Below, piece after piece: positions 48,025 to 60,400 of a stretch of 64,000 nucleotides of DNA. The stretch is from assembly GCA_002269645.1 (NCBI GenBank), contig NIVC01002450.1, forward strand, positions 108,525-172,524, written 5' to 3'. Position 1 is the first letter of the stretch; each line of letters starts with the position of its first letter. The translations under genes were made by a program, and so were the position numbers. The notes under the pieces are model-generated. The model was not told the origin of the DNA and ran no database searches. It saw nothing but the letters and a program-made list of their open reading frames with translations. This stretch comes from Macrostomum lignano. Taxonomy: Eukaryota.

Positions 48025-50115
48025 GCAAACACGGATGGTACTGCACTCCTAGTAAATTACATTCTTCTGGAAGCACGGACGGCACTGCATTCCTAGTAAA
48101 TTACATTATTCTGGAAGCACGCATGGTACTGCACTCCTAGTAAATTACATTCTTCTGGAAGCACGGATGGTACTGCACTCCTAGTAAATTACATTCTTCT
48201 GGAAGAACGGATGGTACTGCACTCCTAGTAAATTACATTATTCTGGAAGCACGCATGGTACTGCACTCCTAGTAAATTACATTCTTCTGGAAGCACGGAT
48301 GGTACTGCACTCCTAGTAAATTACATTCTTCTGGAAGAACGGATGGTACTGCACTCCTAGTAAATTACATTCTTCTGGAAGCACGCATGGTACTGCACTC
48401 CTAGTAAATTACATTCTTCTGGAAGCACGGACGGCACTGCACTCCTAGTAAATTACATTCTTCTGGAAGCACGCATGGTACTGCACTCCTAGTAAATTAC
48501 ATTCTTCTGGAAGCACGGATGGTACTGCACTCCTAGTAAATTACATTCTTCTGGAAGAACGGATGGTACTGCACTCCTAGTAAATTACATTCTTCTGGAA
48601 GCACGGATGGTACTGCACTCCTAGTAAATTACATTCTTCTGGAAGCACGCATGGTACTGCACTCCTAGTAAATTACATTTTTCTTGAAGCACGGATGGTA
48701 CTGCACTCCTAGTAAATTACATTCTTCTGGAAGCACGGATGGTACTGCACTCCTAGTAAATTACATTCTTCTGGAAGCACGGATGGTACTGCACTCCTAG
48801 TAAACTACATTCTTCTTGAAGCACTGATGGTACTGCACTCCTAGTAAACTACATTCTTCTTGAAGCACGGATGGTACTGCACTCCTAGTAAATTACATTC
48901 TTCTGGAAGCACTGATGGTACTGCACTCCTAGTAAATTACATTATTCTTGAAGCACGGATGGTACTGCACTCCTAGTAAATTACATTCTTCTGGAAGCAC
49001 GGATGGTACTGCACTCCTAGTAAATTACATTCTTCTGGAAGCACGGATGGTACTGCACTCCTAGTAAATTACATTCTTCTGGAAGCACGGACGGCACTGC
49101 ACTCCTAGTAAATTACATTCTTCTGGAAGCACGCATGGTACTGCACTCCTAGTAAATTACATTCTTCTGGAAGAACGGATGGTACTGCACTCCTAGTAAA
49201 TTACATTCTTCTGGAAGAACGGATGGCACTGCACTCCTAGTAAATTACATTCTTCTGGAAGAACGGATGGTACTGCACTCCTAGTAAATTACATTCTTCT
49301 GGAAGCACGGATGGTACTGCACTCCTAGTAAATTACATTCTTCTGGAAGCACGGATGGCACTGCACTCCTAGTAAATTACATTCTTCTGGAAGCACGGAT
49401 GGCACTGCACTCCTAGTAAATTACATTTTTCTGGAAGCACGGATGGTACTGCACTCCTAGTAAATCACATTCTTCTGGAAGCACGGATGGCACTGCACTC
49501 CTAGTAAATCACATTCTTCTGAAAGCACGGATGGCACTGCACTCCTAGTAAATTACATTCTTCTGGAAGCACGGATGGCACTGCACTCCTAGTAAATCAC
49601 ATTCTTCTGGAAGCACGGATGGCACTGCACTCCTAGTAAATTACATTCTTCTGGAAGCACGGATGGTACTGCACTCCTAGTAAATTACATTGTTCTGGAA
49701 GCACGGATGGCACTGCACTCCTAGTAAATTACATTCTTCTGGAAGCACGGATGGCACTGCACTCCTAGTAAATTACATTCTTCTGGAAGCACGGATGGCA
49801 CTGCACTCCTAGTAAATTACATTGTTCTGGAAGCACGGATGGCACTGCACTCCTAGTAAATCACATTCTTCTGGAAGCCGGATGGCACTGCACTCCTAGT
49901 AAATCACATTCTTCTGGAAGCCGGATGGCACTGCACTCCTAGTAAATCACATTCTTCTGGAAGCACGGATGGCACTGCACTCCTAGTAAATCACATTCTT
50001 CTGGAAGCACGGATGGCACTGCACTCCTAGTAAATTACATTCTTCTGGAAGCACGGATGGCACTGCACCCCTAGTAAATTACATTCTTCTGTGAGCACGG
50101 ATGGCACTGCAATCC
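48025..50115. repeat. 44-bp minisatellite (GCACGGATGGTACTGCACTCCTAGTAAATTACATTCTTCTGGAA)n
   Basis: About 47 highly similar units. Confidence 0.95.
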
Positions 50116-50620
50116 TAATATTCATAGGATGAACTTTGATTTAGTAATGGCATTTCTGGAGATCATTAGTCCGTACGCTTGTACAAGCCTCTGGAGATAA
50201 TTGAAGGTTTTATTAACCATCGGCCACAGTGGACGGCATGTCGACTCCTGGAACCCGGAGAAATTTTGGGAGGTGCAACATGCCTGGAACAATCTGTACT
50301 TCCGAGTAGGTTCGAAGTCTCGCATGGGTAGACAAACTGAGCTCCATGAGGACGAAAAGAAGTTGCTGTGGGCGCCAAACAAAATGATTCGTTTTAGTGC
50401 TTTTTCCCCGGCCCGTGATCTTACACGGATGCATGACGAGAATGGCTTAAGCAATAAAGTCTACACAAGTGTTTTTACGAGCGTATCATGTTATTTCGTT
50501 CATAAATTTTCACTATATATTATATTTCTAAAGTACTACATGTACTAGTTGTACAAGCTATGATTCCCAAATGCACGATAATGCGTCAGTTCAAGCTGAG
50601 GCTGACCAAATCTTCACTCT

Positions 50621-52413
50621 TCAATATCCGTGTAGCGTCGTGTCCACCATGCCACAGTTGTCCCAGCCGCCGCCGACAACGATGCACTGGCCATCGTCAG
50701 CGTCGACACCAGCCGAGGCCACGATCTCACAAATGCAGTCGTCAACGCATTCGCCCGACTGATATGCGCTCGCATTCGAGGACAGGGTCCAAGATTTTCG
50801 CGCGGTCGCGGACTCCACTGAAGCCGCCGTCGCCGCAGCCGACGCCGCCGCCACCGAGGTCACGGTCGGGACTGGGGTCATTGCATCGGATGAGGTTGTC
50901 GAGGAGGCCGCGGCGGCTGCTAGCGCCACATCGTAGGCCCGGCTGGCCAAGAGTGTACGCCGCAATGGCAGGGCGGCGGCTCCGGCTGCGGAGGCGACAG
51001 CGGCCGCGACCACCGCTGCCAGCTGAGGCGGAAAAGCTGAGCTGGCGCTGGGGCGGAGGCTCGCAAGACGGATTATGCTGATCCCGGACGTGACCGCGGC
51101 AATGCTGAGCAGAAGGGCTGGAACATATAGATATAGGATTAAGGTATGCATGTATAGAATTACCTCGTTTCTTGGAAAATATTTGAAGGCCGTATTCTCA
51201 CAGAAAATACACACTACCTAGATAGAAACTTTAATTATTTTTTTCCGATTCTGCGGGTAATAAAGTTAAACAATTTATATGAGATGTCTTCAGATGGCAG
51301 CAAGAATTCCCCCGCTCACCGCAGAGGAGGTCAAAGGTCAGAAAAGCGACTGGTAGCCATCTGGCTGGAGGTCGGCGTCGAGCCAGGCTGCTGCCCAGCA
51401 CCAGCAGCACCAGCGATGCGCTGGCAGTCACGCTAGCCGCCACCAGCAGCCAGTTTACCGCGGTCCAGGCTGCGGACTCTGAAACAGGTGGTGCACGTGG
51501 ATGAGTGTCTTGTTTGACTGGGGAATTAAAAGGCTTGGCTTCGACTTTTCTCATCCCAGTCTTCCTATTCCAATCCTAATCTTACTCTTCCCATTTCAGT
51601 CTTCCTATTCCAATCCTAATCTTACTCTTCCCATTTCAGTCTTCCTATTCCAATCCTAATCTTACTCTTCCCATTTCAGTCTTCCTCTTCCCATCCTAAT
51701 CTTCCTCTTGCCATCCTATTCTTCCTCTTCCTATCCCAGTCTTCCTCTTCCCATTTTAGTCTTCCTCTTCCCATTTTAGTCTTCCTCTTCCCATTTTAGT
51801 CTTCCTCTTCCCATCCTAGTCTTCCTCTTCCCATCCCAGTCTTCCTCTTCCCATCCTAGTCTTCCTCTTCCCATCCCAGTCTTCCTCTTCCCATTTTAGT
51901 CTTCCTCTTCCCATCCTAGTCTTCCTCTTCCCATCCTAATCTTCCTCTTGCCATCCTATTCTTCCTCTTCCCATCCTAGTCTTCCTCTTCCCATCCCAGT
52001 CTTCCTCTTCCCATTTTAGTCTTCCTCTTCCCATTTCGGTCTCCCCCTTCCCTACCCTAGTCTCCTCAGCCAACTCCCCATTCATCATAGTTCTCCCTTC
52101 CCACTTCCCCTCAGCATCCCTATTCCTCTCCCACAGCTCCGCCCTCACCAGCCCGGCCTCTGGCCGCGAACTCAGCACCGCAGGAGGCGGCCAGGCCGCT
52201 CCAGCTGGGCACCGCCCGCAGGCCGCGCGAGCCGGCGGCCAGGAGGCTCGAATTGGTGCCAATCGAGGCGCCACCAGCGTCGCCGCAGGCCAACTCGAGC
52301 CAGTCGCGGCTGTCCAGCGTCACCGCCAGGGAGGCAACGGTTGCTAGGAGAGCCAATGCAAACTGCAGGCTGGCGTAGAGAGGCAGCTTCCAGCCTCCGT
52401 TCTTCAGCTGCAT
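50621..52413 (-). CDS. Four-transmembrane protein, claudin/PMP22-superfamily-like, about 306 aa, 3 exons
   Basis: Exons 52413-52149, 51478-51320 and 51117-50621; phase-1 GT-AG introns, 921 nt in frame. Four hydrophobic segments; first loop has W..C..NSS..GL..W..C; long Ala/Ser tail with C-terminal Cys cluster. Confidence 0.65.
51555..52040. repeat. About 20-bp polypyrimidine minisatellite (CTTCCTCTTCCCATCCTAGT)n in intron 1 of the 4TM gene
   Basis: Tandem CT-rich units. Confidence 0.9.
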
Positions 52414-52499
52414 CCTTGACCTGTACACATCGAAATTATTGTTTTCGATTCGATAGTTTGTTTTGGGGCAGGCTTTAAGAGTTGCTCTTGAAATCTATT

Positions 52500-53020
52500 A
52501 CTGGATCACTCTGAGGATCTAAGAGAGTCACTCTGAGGATCTGAGAGAGTCACTTTGAGGATCTGAGAGAGTCACTCTGAGGATCTGAGAGAGTCACTTT
52601 GAGGATCTGAGAGAGTCACTCTGAGGATCTGAGAGAGTCCCTCTAAGGACCCGAGAGAGTCACTCTGAGGATCTGAGAGAGTCACTGACTCTGAGGATCC
52701 GAGAGAGTCCCTCTAAGGACCCGAGAGAGTCACTCTGAGGATCTGAGAGAGTCACTCTGAGGATCTGAGAGAGTCACTCTGAGGATCTGAGAGAGTCACT
52801 CTGAGGATCTGAGAGAGTCACTCTGAGGATCTGAGAGAGTCACTGACTCTGGGGATCCGAGAGAGTCCCTCTAAGGACCCGAGAGAGTCACTCTGAGGAT
52901 CTGAGAAAGTCACTCTGAGGATCTAAGAGAGTCACTCTGAGGATCTGAGAAAGTCACTCTGAGGATCTAAGAGAGTCCCTCTAAGGACCCGAGAGAGTCA
53001 CTCTGAGGATCTGAGAGAGC
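52500..53020. repeat. 22-bp minisatellite (GAGAGTCACTCTGAGGATCTGA)n
   Basis: About 23 units; each has an AGAGT-C-ACTCT inverted repeat. Confidence 0.92.
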
Positions 53021-53707
53021 ACAAACATTTCAGTAATACATCCTCTCACCTTCTCGTCGCAATGTGTTGGGAGTCGCAGAAGAATGCTAAAACATCACTC
53101 TCTATAGCGCTGTAGGTCCTGGGCTCGAGTCTTTGAGTATCACCGACTCCAAGTCTTATATAGAAGCCTCTAACTCAGCTTCGCTTGTAAAAGCTCGCCT
53201 CGATCCAATTTGTAAGGCTGTCAATCTGCATGAGCGCTAATTAAGATCGTGGGGGGGGGGGGTATTTTCAGTGCCCAGTGCCAGTCTGTGCCACGCAGGC
53301 AGCCTATATGCTTGTGCAGCTCCTTCTCCGCTCTCCGCCGCCTTATTAATTTGGCTGGCTGGTGGCCGCGAATTAATTATTTATGCCATTTCGGGGTAGC
53401 CAAGCCAACCGGCTACAAGTATAGGTATTCAATGACTCTCGCTTTCTATTGCATTTTCTGCATGACTGTTACATTTGCGCTGCACTGCCTACTTAGGTAG
53501 CTCATTTGATCTTAATAATCTGCATTACTATTGGCTCCGCATTGGCTGTGCCGTATAGCAAAAATACTGAACTGAAATAGTGCAATGCTTGCGTGCTGCT
53601 TCGTTTGGCGCTTTTAAATTTCACTTCATCTCCTGCAACTGGCCCAGAGAGTCAGTGAGGCTGTGCTGATGATGCTGAAATTCCTGCAACTGGGTATTCA
53701 GACTGGC

Positions 53708-53708
53708 C

Positions 53709-53771
<63 letters not shown>

Positions 53772-53788
53772 GTGTCTGTCTGTGTGTG

Positions 53789-53827
<39 letters not shown>

Positions 53828-53844
53828 GTGTCTGTGTGTCTGTT

Positions 53845-53891
<47 letters not shown>

Positions 53892-53953
53892 GTGTCTGTT
53901 TGTTTGTCTGTCTGTCGTGTCTGTCTGTCTGTCTGTCTTAGTGTCTGTCTGCA

Positions 53954-53990
<37 letters not shown>

Positions 53991-54069
53991 GTCTGTCTGT
54001 CTGTGTGTCTGTGTGTCTGTCTGTCTGTCTGTCTGCCTGTCTGCCTGTCTGTCTTAGTGTCTGTCTGCA

Positions 54070-54102
<33 letters not shown>

Positions 54103-54117
54103 TAGTGTCTGTCTGTA

Positions 54118-54169
<52 letters not shown>

Positions 54170-54170
54170 A

Positions 54171-54207
<37 letters not shown>

Positions 54208-54251
54208 TAGTGTCTGTCTGCATGTCTGTCTGTCTGTCATGCCTGTCTTAG

Positions 54252-54304
<53 letters not shown>

Positions 54305-54387
54305 TAGTGTCAATCTGTCTGTCTGTATGTCTGTCTGTCTGTATGTCTGTCTGTCTGCCTGTCTGTCTTAGTGTCTGTCTGTATGTA

Positions 54388-54446
<59 letters not shown>

Positions 54447-54447
54447 G

Positions 54448-54492
<45 letters not shown>

Positions 54493-54495
54493 TAG

Positions 54496-54540
<45 letters not shown>

Positions 54541-54647
54541 GCCTGTCTGTCTTAGTGTCTGTCTGCATGTCTGTCTGTCTCTGTCTGTCTTAGTGTCTGT
54601 CTGTCAGTCTGTCTGTCTGTCTGTCTGTGTGTCTGTCTGTATGTCTA

Positions 54648-54713
<66 letters not shown>

Positions 54714-54770
54714 ATGTCTGTCTGTCTGTCTTAGTGTCTGTCTGTATGTCTGTCTGTCTGTCTGTCTGTC
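53708..54770. repeat. Long interrupted (TCTG)n microsatellite
   Basis: About 1 kb of TCTG with recurrent TCTTAGTG and GCATG interruptions. Confidence 0.97.
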
Positions 54771-55459
54771 TTTGGGTTTTCTCTCTAAGTGTCTGTCTCA
54801 ATGTTCATCTGTGTGTAGAAAGTCTTTTTGCCGTCATTTTTGTTATCTTTTCCTCTCTGTACTTTGCTGTACCTTCGCTTTGGGAAAACTTAGATAAATT
54901 TGGTTAAAATACTTGACTGTGGTCCCTAATACCACAATTTTTTTCATCAAAACACATTTTATAGTTTTCTGTTATCGACCGTTTTTAGACCCTAGCTAGC
55001 AGTTTACACCAATATAGTACAAATCCAAATTCAACTACTTTCCTAAGTAGAGTAAAAGGAATATTAAGCCAGGAATTATTATAAATAAAAAATCGTGACT
55101 CCACTCGGTGCACTTTGCAATCGCCAATTGCTGATTGAGAACTTAAGCTCTTAAGCAAGCTGCTCAATCAAACTCAAACTCATCTTCTATTTGCCTTTTT
55201 TCTTATTTGCCTGTCAATAGAAAGAAAATGGGGTTAAAACTTGGTGCAGAGAGAAAATAGAGTTTTGAGCAACGGGCATGCATATGGACATGTACAGTGG
55301 ATACTATTTCCATCACTGAACAAGTTTAGTAAAAAGAAAATAAAAAAAAATTAACAATCTTTAGCTCTTACTGCTGTAGAAACATCGATGCACGGGGCTG
55401 ACTCCCGAGCTGGATGGCCAATCAGATTTAAGCCAGCTGTTGCGGCACACAGGGGATTG

Positions 55460-57265
55460 GCCTGTTGGGTGCTGTTGGAGTGTTGTTGAGCACGTTTTTA
55501 CTTGCTTGTTAGGGAGCCACGATCTAGTGAGGTTGTTCGGGGTGTTGTGGATGTTGGGGCTGTTGTGGGTGTTGGGGCAGTTGGGTGGTGTTGGGGCTGT
55601 TGTGGATGTTGGGGGCTGTTGTGGATGTTGGGGCTGTTGTGGGTGTTGGGGCAGTTGGGTGGTGTTGGGGCTGTTGTGGATGTTGGGGGCTGTTGTGGGT
55701 GTTGGGGCTGTTAGGGGGTGTTGATGGCTGTTGGGGGGTGTTGGGGGCTGTTGTGGGTGTTGGGGCTGTTGTGGGTGTTGGGGGGCTGTTGTGGATGTTG
55801 GGTGCTGTTGGAGTGTTGTTGAGCACGTTTTTACTTGCTTGTTAGGGAGCCACGATCTAGTGAGGTTGTTCGGGGTGTTGTGGATGTTGGGGGCTGTTGT
55901 GGGTGTTGGGGCAGTTGGGTGGTGTTGGGGCTGTTGTGGATGTTGGGGCTGTTGTGGGTGTTGGGGCAGTTGGGTGGTGTTGGGGCTGTTGTGGATGTTG
56001 GGGCTGTTGTGGATGTTGGGGGCTGTTGTGGGTGTTGGGGCTGTTAGGGGTGTTGATGGCTGTTGGGGGGTGTTGGGGCTGTTGTGGGTGTTGGGGGCTG
56101 TTGTGGGTGTTGGGGCTGTTGTGGGTGTTGGGGGCTGTTGTGGGTGTTGGGGGGCTGTTGTGGATGTTGGGTGCTGTTGGAGTGTTGTTGAGCACGTTTT
56201 TATTTGCTTGTTAGGGAGCCACGATCTAGTGAGGTTGTTCGGGGTGTTGTGGATGTTGGGGGCTGTTGTGGGTGTTGGGGCAGTTGGGTGGTGTTGGGGC
56301 TGTTGTGGATGTTGGGGCTGTTGTGGGTGTTGGGGCAGTTGGGTGGTGTTGGGGCTGTTGTGGATGTTGGGGCTGTTGTGGGTGTTGGGGCAGTTGGGTG
56401 GTGTTGGGGCTGTTGTGGATGTTGGGGCTGTTGTGGATGTTGGGGGCTGTTGTGGGTGTTGGGGCTGTTAGGGGGTGTTGATGGCTGTTGGGGGTGTTGG
56501 GGCTGTTGTGGGTGTTGGGGGGCTGTTGTGGGTGTTGGGGGGCTGTTGTGGATGTTGGGTGCTGTTGGAGTGTTGTTGAGCACGTTTTTACTTGCTTGTT
56601 AGGGAGCCACGATCTAGTGAGGTTGTTCGGGGTGTTGTGGATGTTGGGGGCTGTTGTGGGTGTTGGGGCAGTTGGGTGGTGTTGGGGCTGTTGTGGATGT
56701 TGGGGCTGTTGTGGGTGTTGGGGCTGTTAGGGGGTGTTGATGGCTGTTGGGGGGTGTTGGGGGCTGTTGTGGGTGTTGGGGCTGTTAGGGGGTGTTGATG
56801 CCTGTTGGGGGTGTTGGGGGCTGTTGTGGGTGTTGGGGCTGTTGTGGGTGTTGGGGCTGTTGTGGGTGTTGGGGCTGTTGGGGATGTTGGGGGGTGTTGC
56901 GGGCTGTTGTGGGTGTTGGGGCTGTTGTGGGTGTTGGGGCTGTTAGGGGGTGTTGATGGCTGTTGGGGGTTGTGTTGGGGCTGTTGTGGGTGTTGGGGCT
57001 GTTGTGGGTGTTGGGGCTGTTGTGGGTGTTGGGGCTGTTGTGGGTGTTGGGGGCTGTTGTGGATGTTGGGGGCTGTTGTGGGTGTTGGGGCTGTTGGGGA
57101 TGTTGGGGGTGTTGCGGGCTGTTGTGGGTGGGTGTTGGGGGCTGTTGTGGGTGTTGGGGGCTGTTGTGGGTGTTGGGGGCTGTTGTGGGTGTTGGGGGCT
57201 GTTGTGGGTGTTGGGGCTGTTGTGGGTGTTGGGGCTGTTGTGGGTGTTGGGGGCTGTTGTGGGCG
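55460..57265. repeat. G/T-rich compound satellite (GTTGGGGCTGTTGTGG(G/A)T)n with a higher-order block
   Basis: G-tract units interleaved with four copies of a roughly 90-bp block (..GAGCACGTTTTTACTTGCTTGTTAGGGAGCCACGATCTAGTGAGG..) starting near 55468, 55801, 56170 and 56558. Confidence 0.92.
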
Positions 57266-57445
57266 CTTTTAGGTTGCTGTTGCTACGGGAAAGAAAATTC
57301 TGAAATCGATGGCTCTGCATTTAGAGCTGCACAGTTACCTTGTCTGGCCTTCGCAAGCCAGTCTATCGCGCAAGTCTCATGCTACAGTGAAAATAATCGG
57401 TGAGCAGACGCAAAAAGTTAAAATTATACACAGTACGAGTCAAGC

Positions 57446-60400
57446 TCAAGTCATGGCCCCCCGCGATCGGATCATGGCTGACTCCCGCCTGGGCCTCTCC
57501 GGCGGCATGAAGTCGGCATAGTAGATGCTACCATCGCCCAGCTTATCCAGCTTGGCCACCAGGTCAGACAGCTGGCTGCGGTAATACGGAATCTTCATCT
57601 CGTCCATGACTGCGGCAAACTGCTCCAGTGACACCGTGCCGTTGCCTTGGGCATCCATAGCCGCTAGACGCTCCACAAAGCGGAAGTCGTTGATAAGGAT
57701 GTGCTCCCTGAGCAACACGATGGGGCTGCGGATGTCTATGGCCGGCTTAGCCAGCTCGTCGCGCGTGTTTCCGGCTCGCAGCACCGGGCCATGCTCGCAC
57801 CGGAAGTCGCGAGTAGTCCGGCGCATCTGCTGTTCGACTGTCTTCACGAACTCGTAGTCTACTGGGATGTCTTTGAAGGATAAGAAGGTTAGGGGAGTGG
57901 TCTCCGAGGCCACGATCAGCTTGACTACCTGCAATGGAGGGTGGGGAGGATAATGGATTGCTAATCTAGCCAGTAGTATGGCTGAAGTATTGCAATGGAT
58001 TGCTAATCTAGTCAGTGTGGCTGAATTATTGCAATGGATTGCTAATCTAGCCAAGTATCACAGCTGACTATCTATACTGGTGCAAATTTATCCATCAATG
58101 CTTTCGTCTTTACCTGCAGCAGTTCGGCAGTGTACAGGAAGTTATTGCCCATTCGCAGCTCCAGCAAAATCTCATTCCCAGCTACTGCGTTGCCAATAGC
58201 AACCGCAGCGTTGCCGTTCAGCCGGTTTCCCTCAATGTTGAGCTCCTGCAGCGCCTGATTCGCCTTCAACATGTCGGCGAGGGCGCGCCCGCCCTCCTCG
58301 GCGAAGCCGTTCCAGGCCAGGTTGCACTTCTTCAGCCGAAAGCTCTCCCGGATGCCCTGGGCCAGCTCCACGGCGCCCGGCCCGGATATCCGGTTGCCGC
58401 TGAGGTCCAGCTCCTCCAGGTAGTCGTTGATGCCGAGGCCGGCGCCAAGACGGGCGGCCGCTTCGCCGCCGAGGCAGTTGCGGGACAGGTTCAGCGACAC
58501 GAGCGTCCGGTTGTTGGCCAGCAGGTCGAACAGCGAGTCGGCGGCCTGGTCGCCGATCTCGTTGCCAGCCAAGGACAGGTGAGTCACCGAGGCGCTGTTG
58601 GTCTGCAGCACCCGGCAGATCTGAGCGGCGCCCTCGTCGCACAGTTTGTTGTCGGCCAGCCACAGATGGGTGATGTAGCTGTTCTCTTCCAGCATCTTGG
58701 CGATCGCCCGGCCGCCCTCAGGCTCCATCCAGTTGCCGGTGAGGTCCAGCTCGGTGATGGTCAGGTTGATGGCCAGCGGCCTGGCGATAGCGCGGGTGCC
58801 GACCGGGCCGAGGCCATGGTGCCGCATGATCAGCCGAGTGTCCGTCAGGTGCTTGAGAAAGTACTTCACCGGCACTGCGCCCAGCCGTTCGCAGGTGGTC
58901 CGGTAGAGGCTGCGCCCAGTCGTGTCGTGCAGGTCGGCCGCATGGCCCTCCTCGGGCAGCTCGTCCTCGAGGTCTGTGTCCCAGAGCTCGTCGTTGTCAA
59001 GCAGTGACTCGATAGTCCGCTCGCGTCTCACCCGGCCGGCTGAGCCTGGCGGCGGCTTCGAGCTGCGCCGGCTGCTCGGACGCGATTTGGAGGATTCTGC
59101 GGGCGGCGGCGCCTCGGTTGCTGCCGCTGCTGCCTCGCCGTCCACCGCTTCATCAGCCTCCGCTTCATCAGCGTTCTCGGCCGCGACATCTGCCGCCTCC
59201 TCCGCCTTCTCCATAGTGGTGTCCTCTCGGATGGTGTCCAGCTCGTGCAGCTCGCCCGCCTCATTCTGAAGTTATTCAAGCAGTACTGGACCTCAGCTTA
59301 CTAGACAACTAGGAGTACTAGTGGGGTTGTAGCCTAGTGGTCAGAGCGTCGGACTCACGACTGAAAGGTCGGGGGTTCGATTCTCGACCCACTCGAACAA
59401 TTCGTGTCCTTGAGCAAGACACTTAACTCTGCATTGCTTCAGTTCACCCAGCTGTAAAATGGGTGCCAGCATTAGCTGGTGTACGAGGGTGTGATTGAGG
59501 GTGTGTGGCGACCCCCCAGTTCCAGGGCTGAACAGCCGTACGCAGCCTTCAGATGCGCCGCGCAATAGCTGCGGCTGAGCTGCCGGTTGCACATCTGCCC
59601 ATAGATCTCAGCAGGGCAAGTTTTTAATATCCCTTTTACAATAGGAATTCATGACGAAAAATTCATTTTGTTTTTAATGATAAGGAGTCGCTTCAAGCGC
59701 ATCGTAACGGGTTCTACGAGTAGTTGATACAGCTTAGTGCTTCTTAGTGCACCCGTGCCTGACCTACTTAATATCCAGATTTTCCGAGCTGCCGTGGAGC
59801 CGATATTCCTTTTACGGTCTCAGAGCTCTGCCGGTCAGGGAACCTCGCAACCAGTCTCTCGACGCCACCTTCAGAGCCTTGCTGCGATTTGCTCTCGATC
59901 TTTGCTATCCTGAAAGGCTGTGAAACCGCGTGCTCGCTGCTCACTCCGGCGTCCCTCCGCTGAGCTCCGTCCTCAGAGCCCGGAGACAGCGCGACTTCTC
60001 GCCATGTGCTACGCAGCTACGGACGCGGGGAAATGAACCCTCTAGGGGTCGTCGTGCTCAGTCCGCCATACGACCCATACCGTCGCGGACATGCGCGCCA
60101 TGAGACGCTTCTAAAGACCTTTGCTAGTGATCTTCAGGCCATCCACCTCAACCGCTTGAGGCCACTTCCTGCCCCTCTGATCTTTTTCGCAAGCGTGTGA
60201 GCGCAAAGGGTATTTGACTCTTCAGCTAGCGTCTTTCTATCATCTATGTAGACTGAGGCCGGGGTACCCCGGGTGTCTAAGAATGTTTTTCCTAAATATC
60301 CAAACAGCCACAGCACTGACCTCTTCTTCGTCTGCCGCAGCAGAGCTGTCCGCGTGTTCTTCAACGGCGCTTCCACCATGCTCTCGGTCTGCTGTCCTTG

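Noticed and set aside
915-57320. Long repetitive ORFs in the track (TDTKADT, PDYTGSTLS, MSMRTEAL, CQHLSLP, CHQSAHICVIN, TDRQ/CLSV, GCCGCWG and others)
   Set aside because: They are translations of minisatellites, open in several frames or strands at once, and mostly lie inside introns of genes whose flanking exons join in frame.
58232-59007. Overlapping and antisense ORFs within GC-rich exons (e.g. 58232-58663, 58579-59007, 13532-14098, 9587-9978, 47156-47632)
   Set aside because: Expected shadows of GC-rich codon usage; no independent motifs or splice signals.
59323-59395. tRNA genes at 1357, 3594, 4790-4856, 41388 and 59323
   Set aside because: A and B boxes are present but no complete cloverleaf or acceptor stem, and each continues into a shared SINE body.
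8092-59722. Recurrent CTACGAGTA-like motif (near 902, 8094, 13097, 15788 and 59714) as a promoter element
   Set aside because: Too few, inexact copies with inconsistent position and orientation relative to ATGs; cannot be told from chance without genome statistics.
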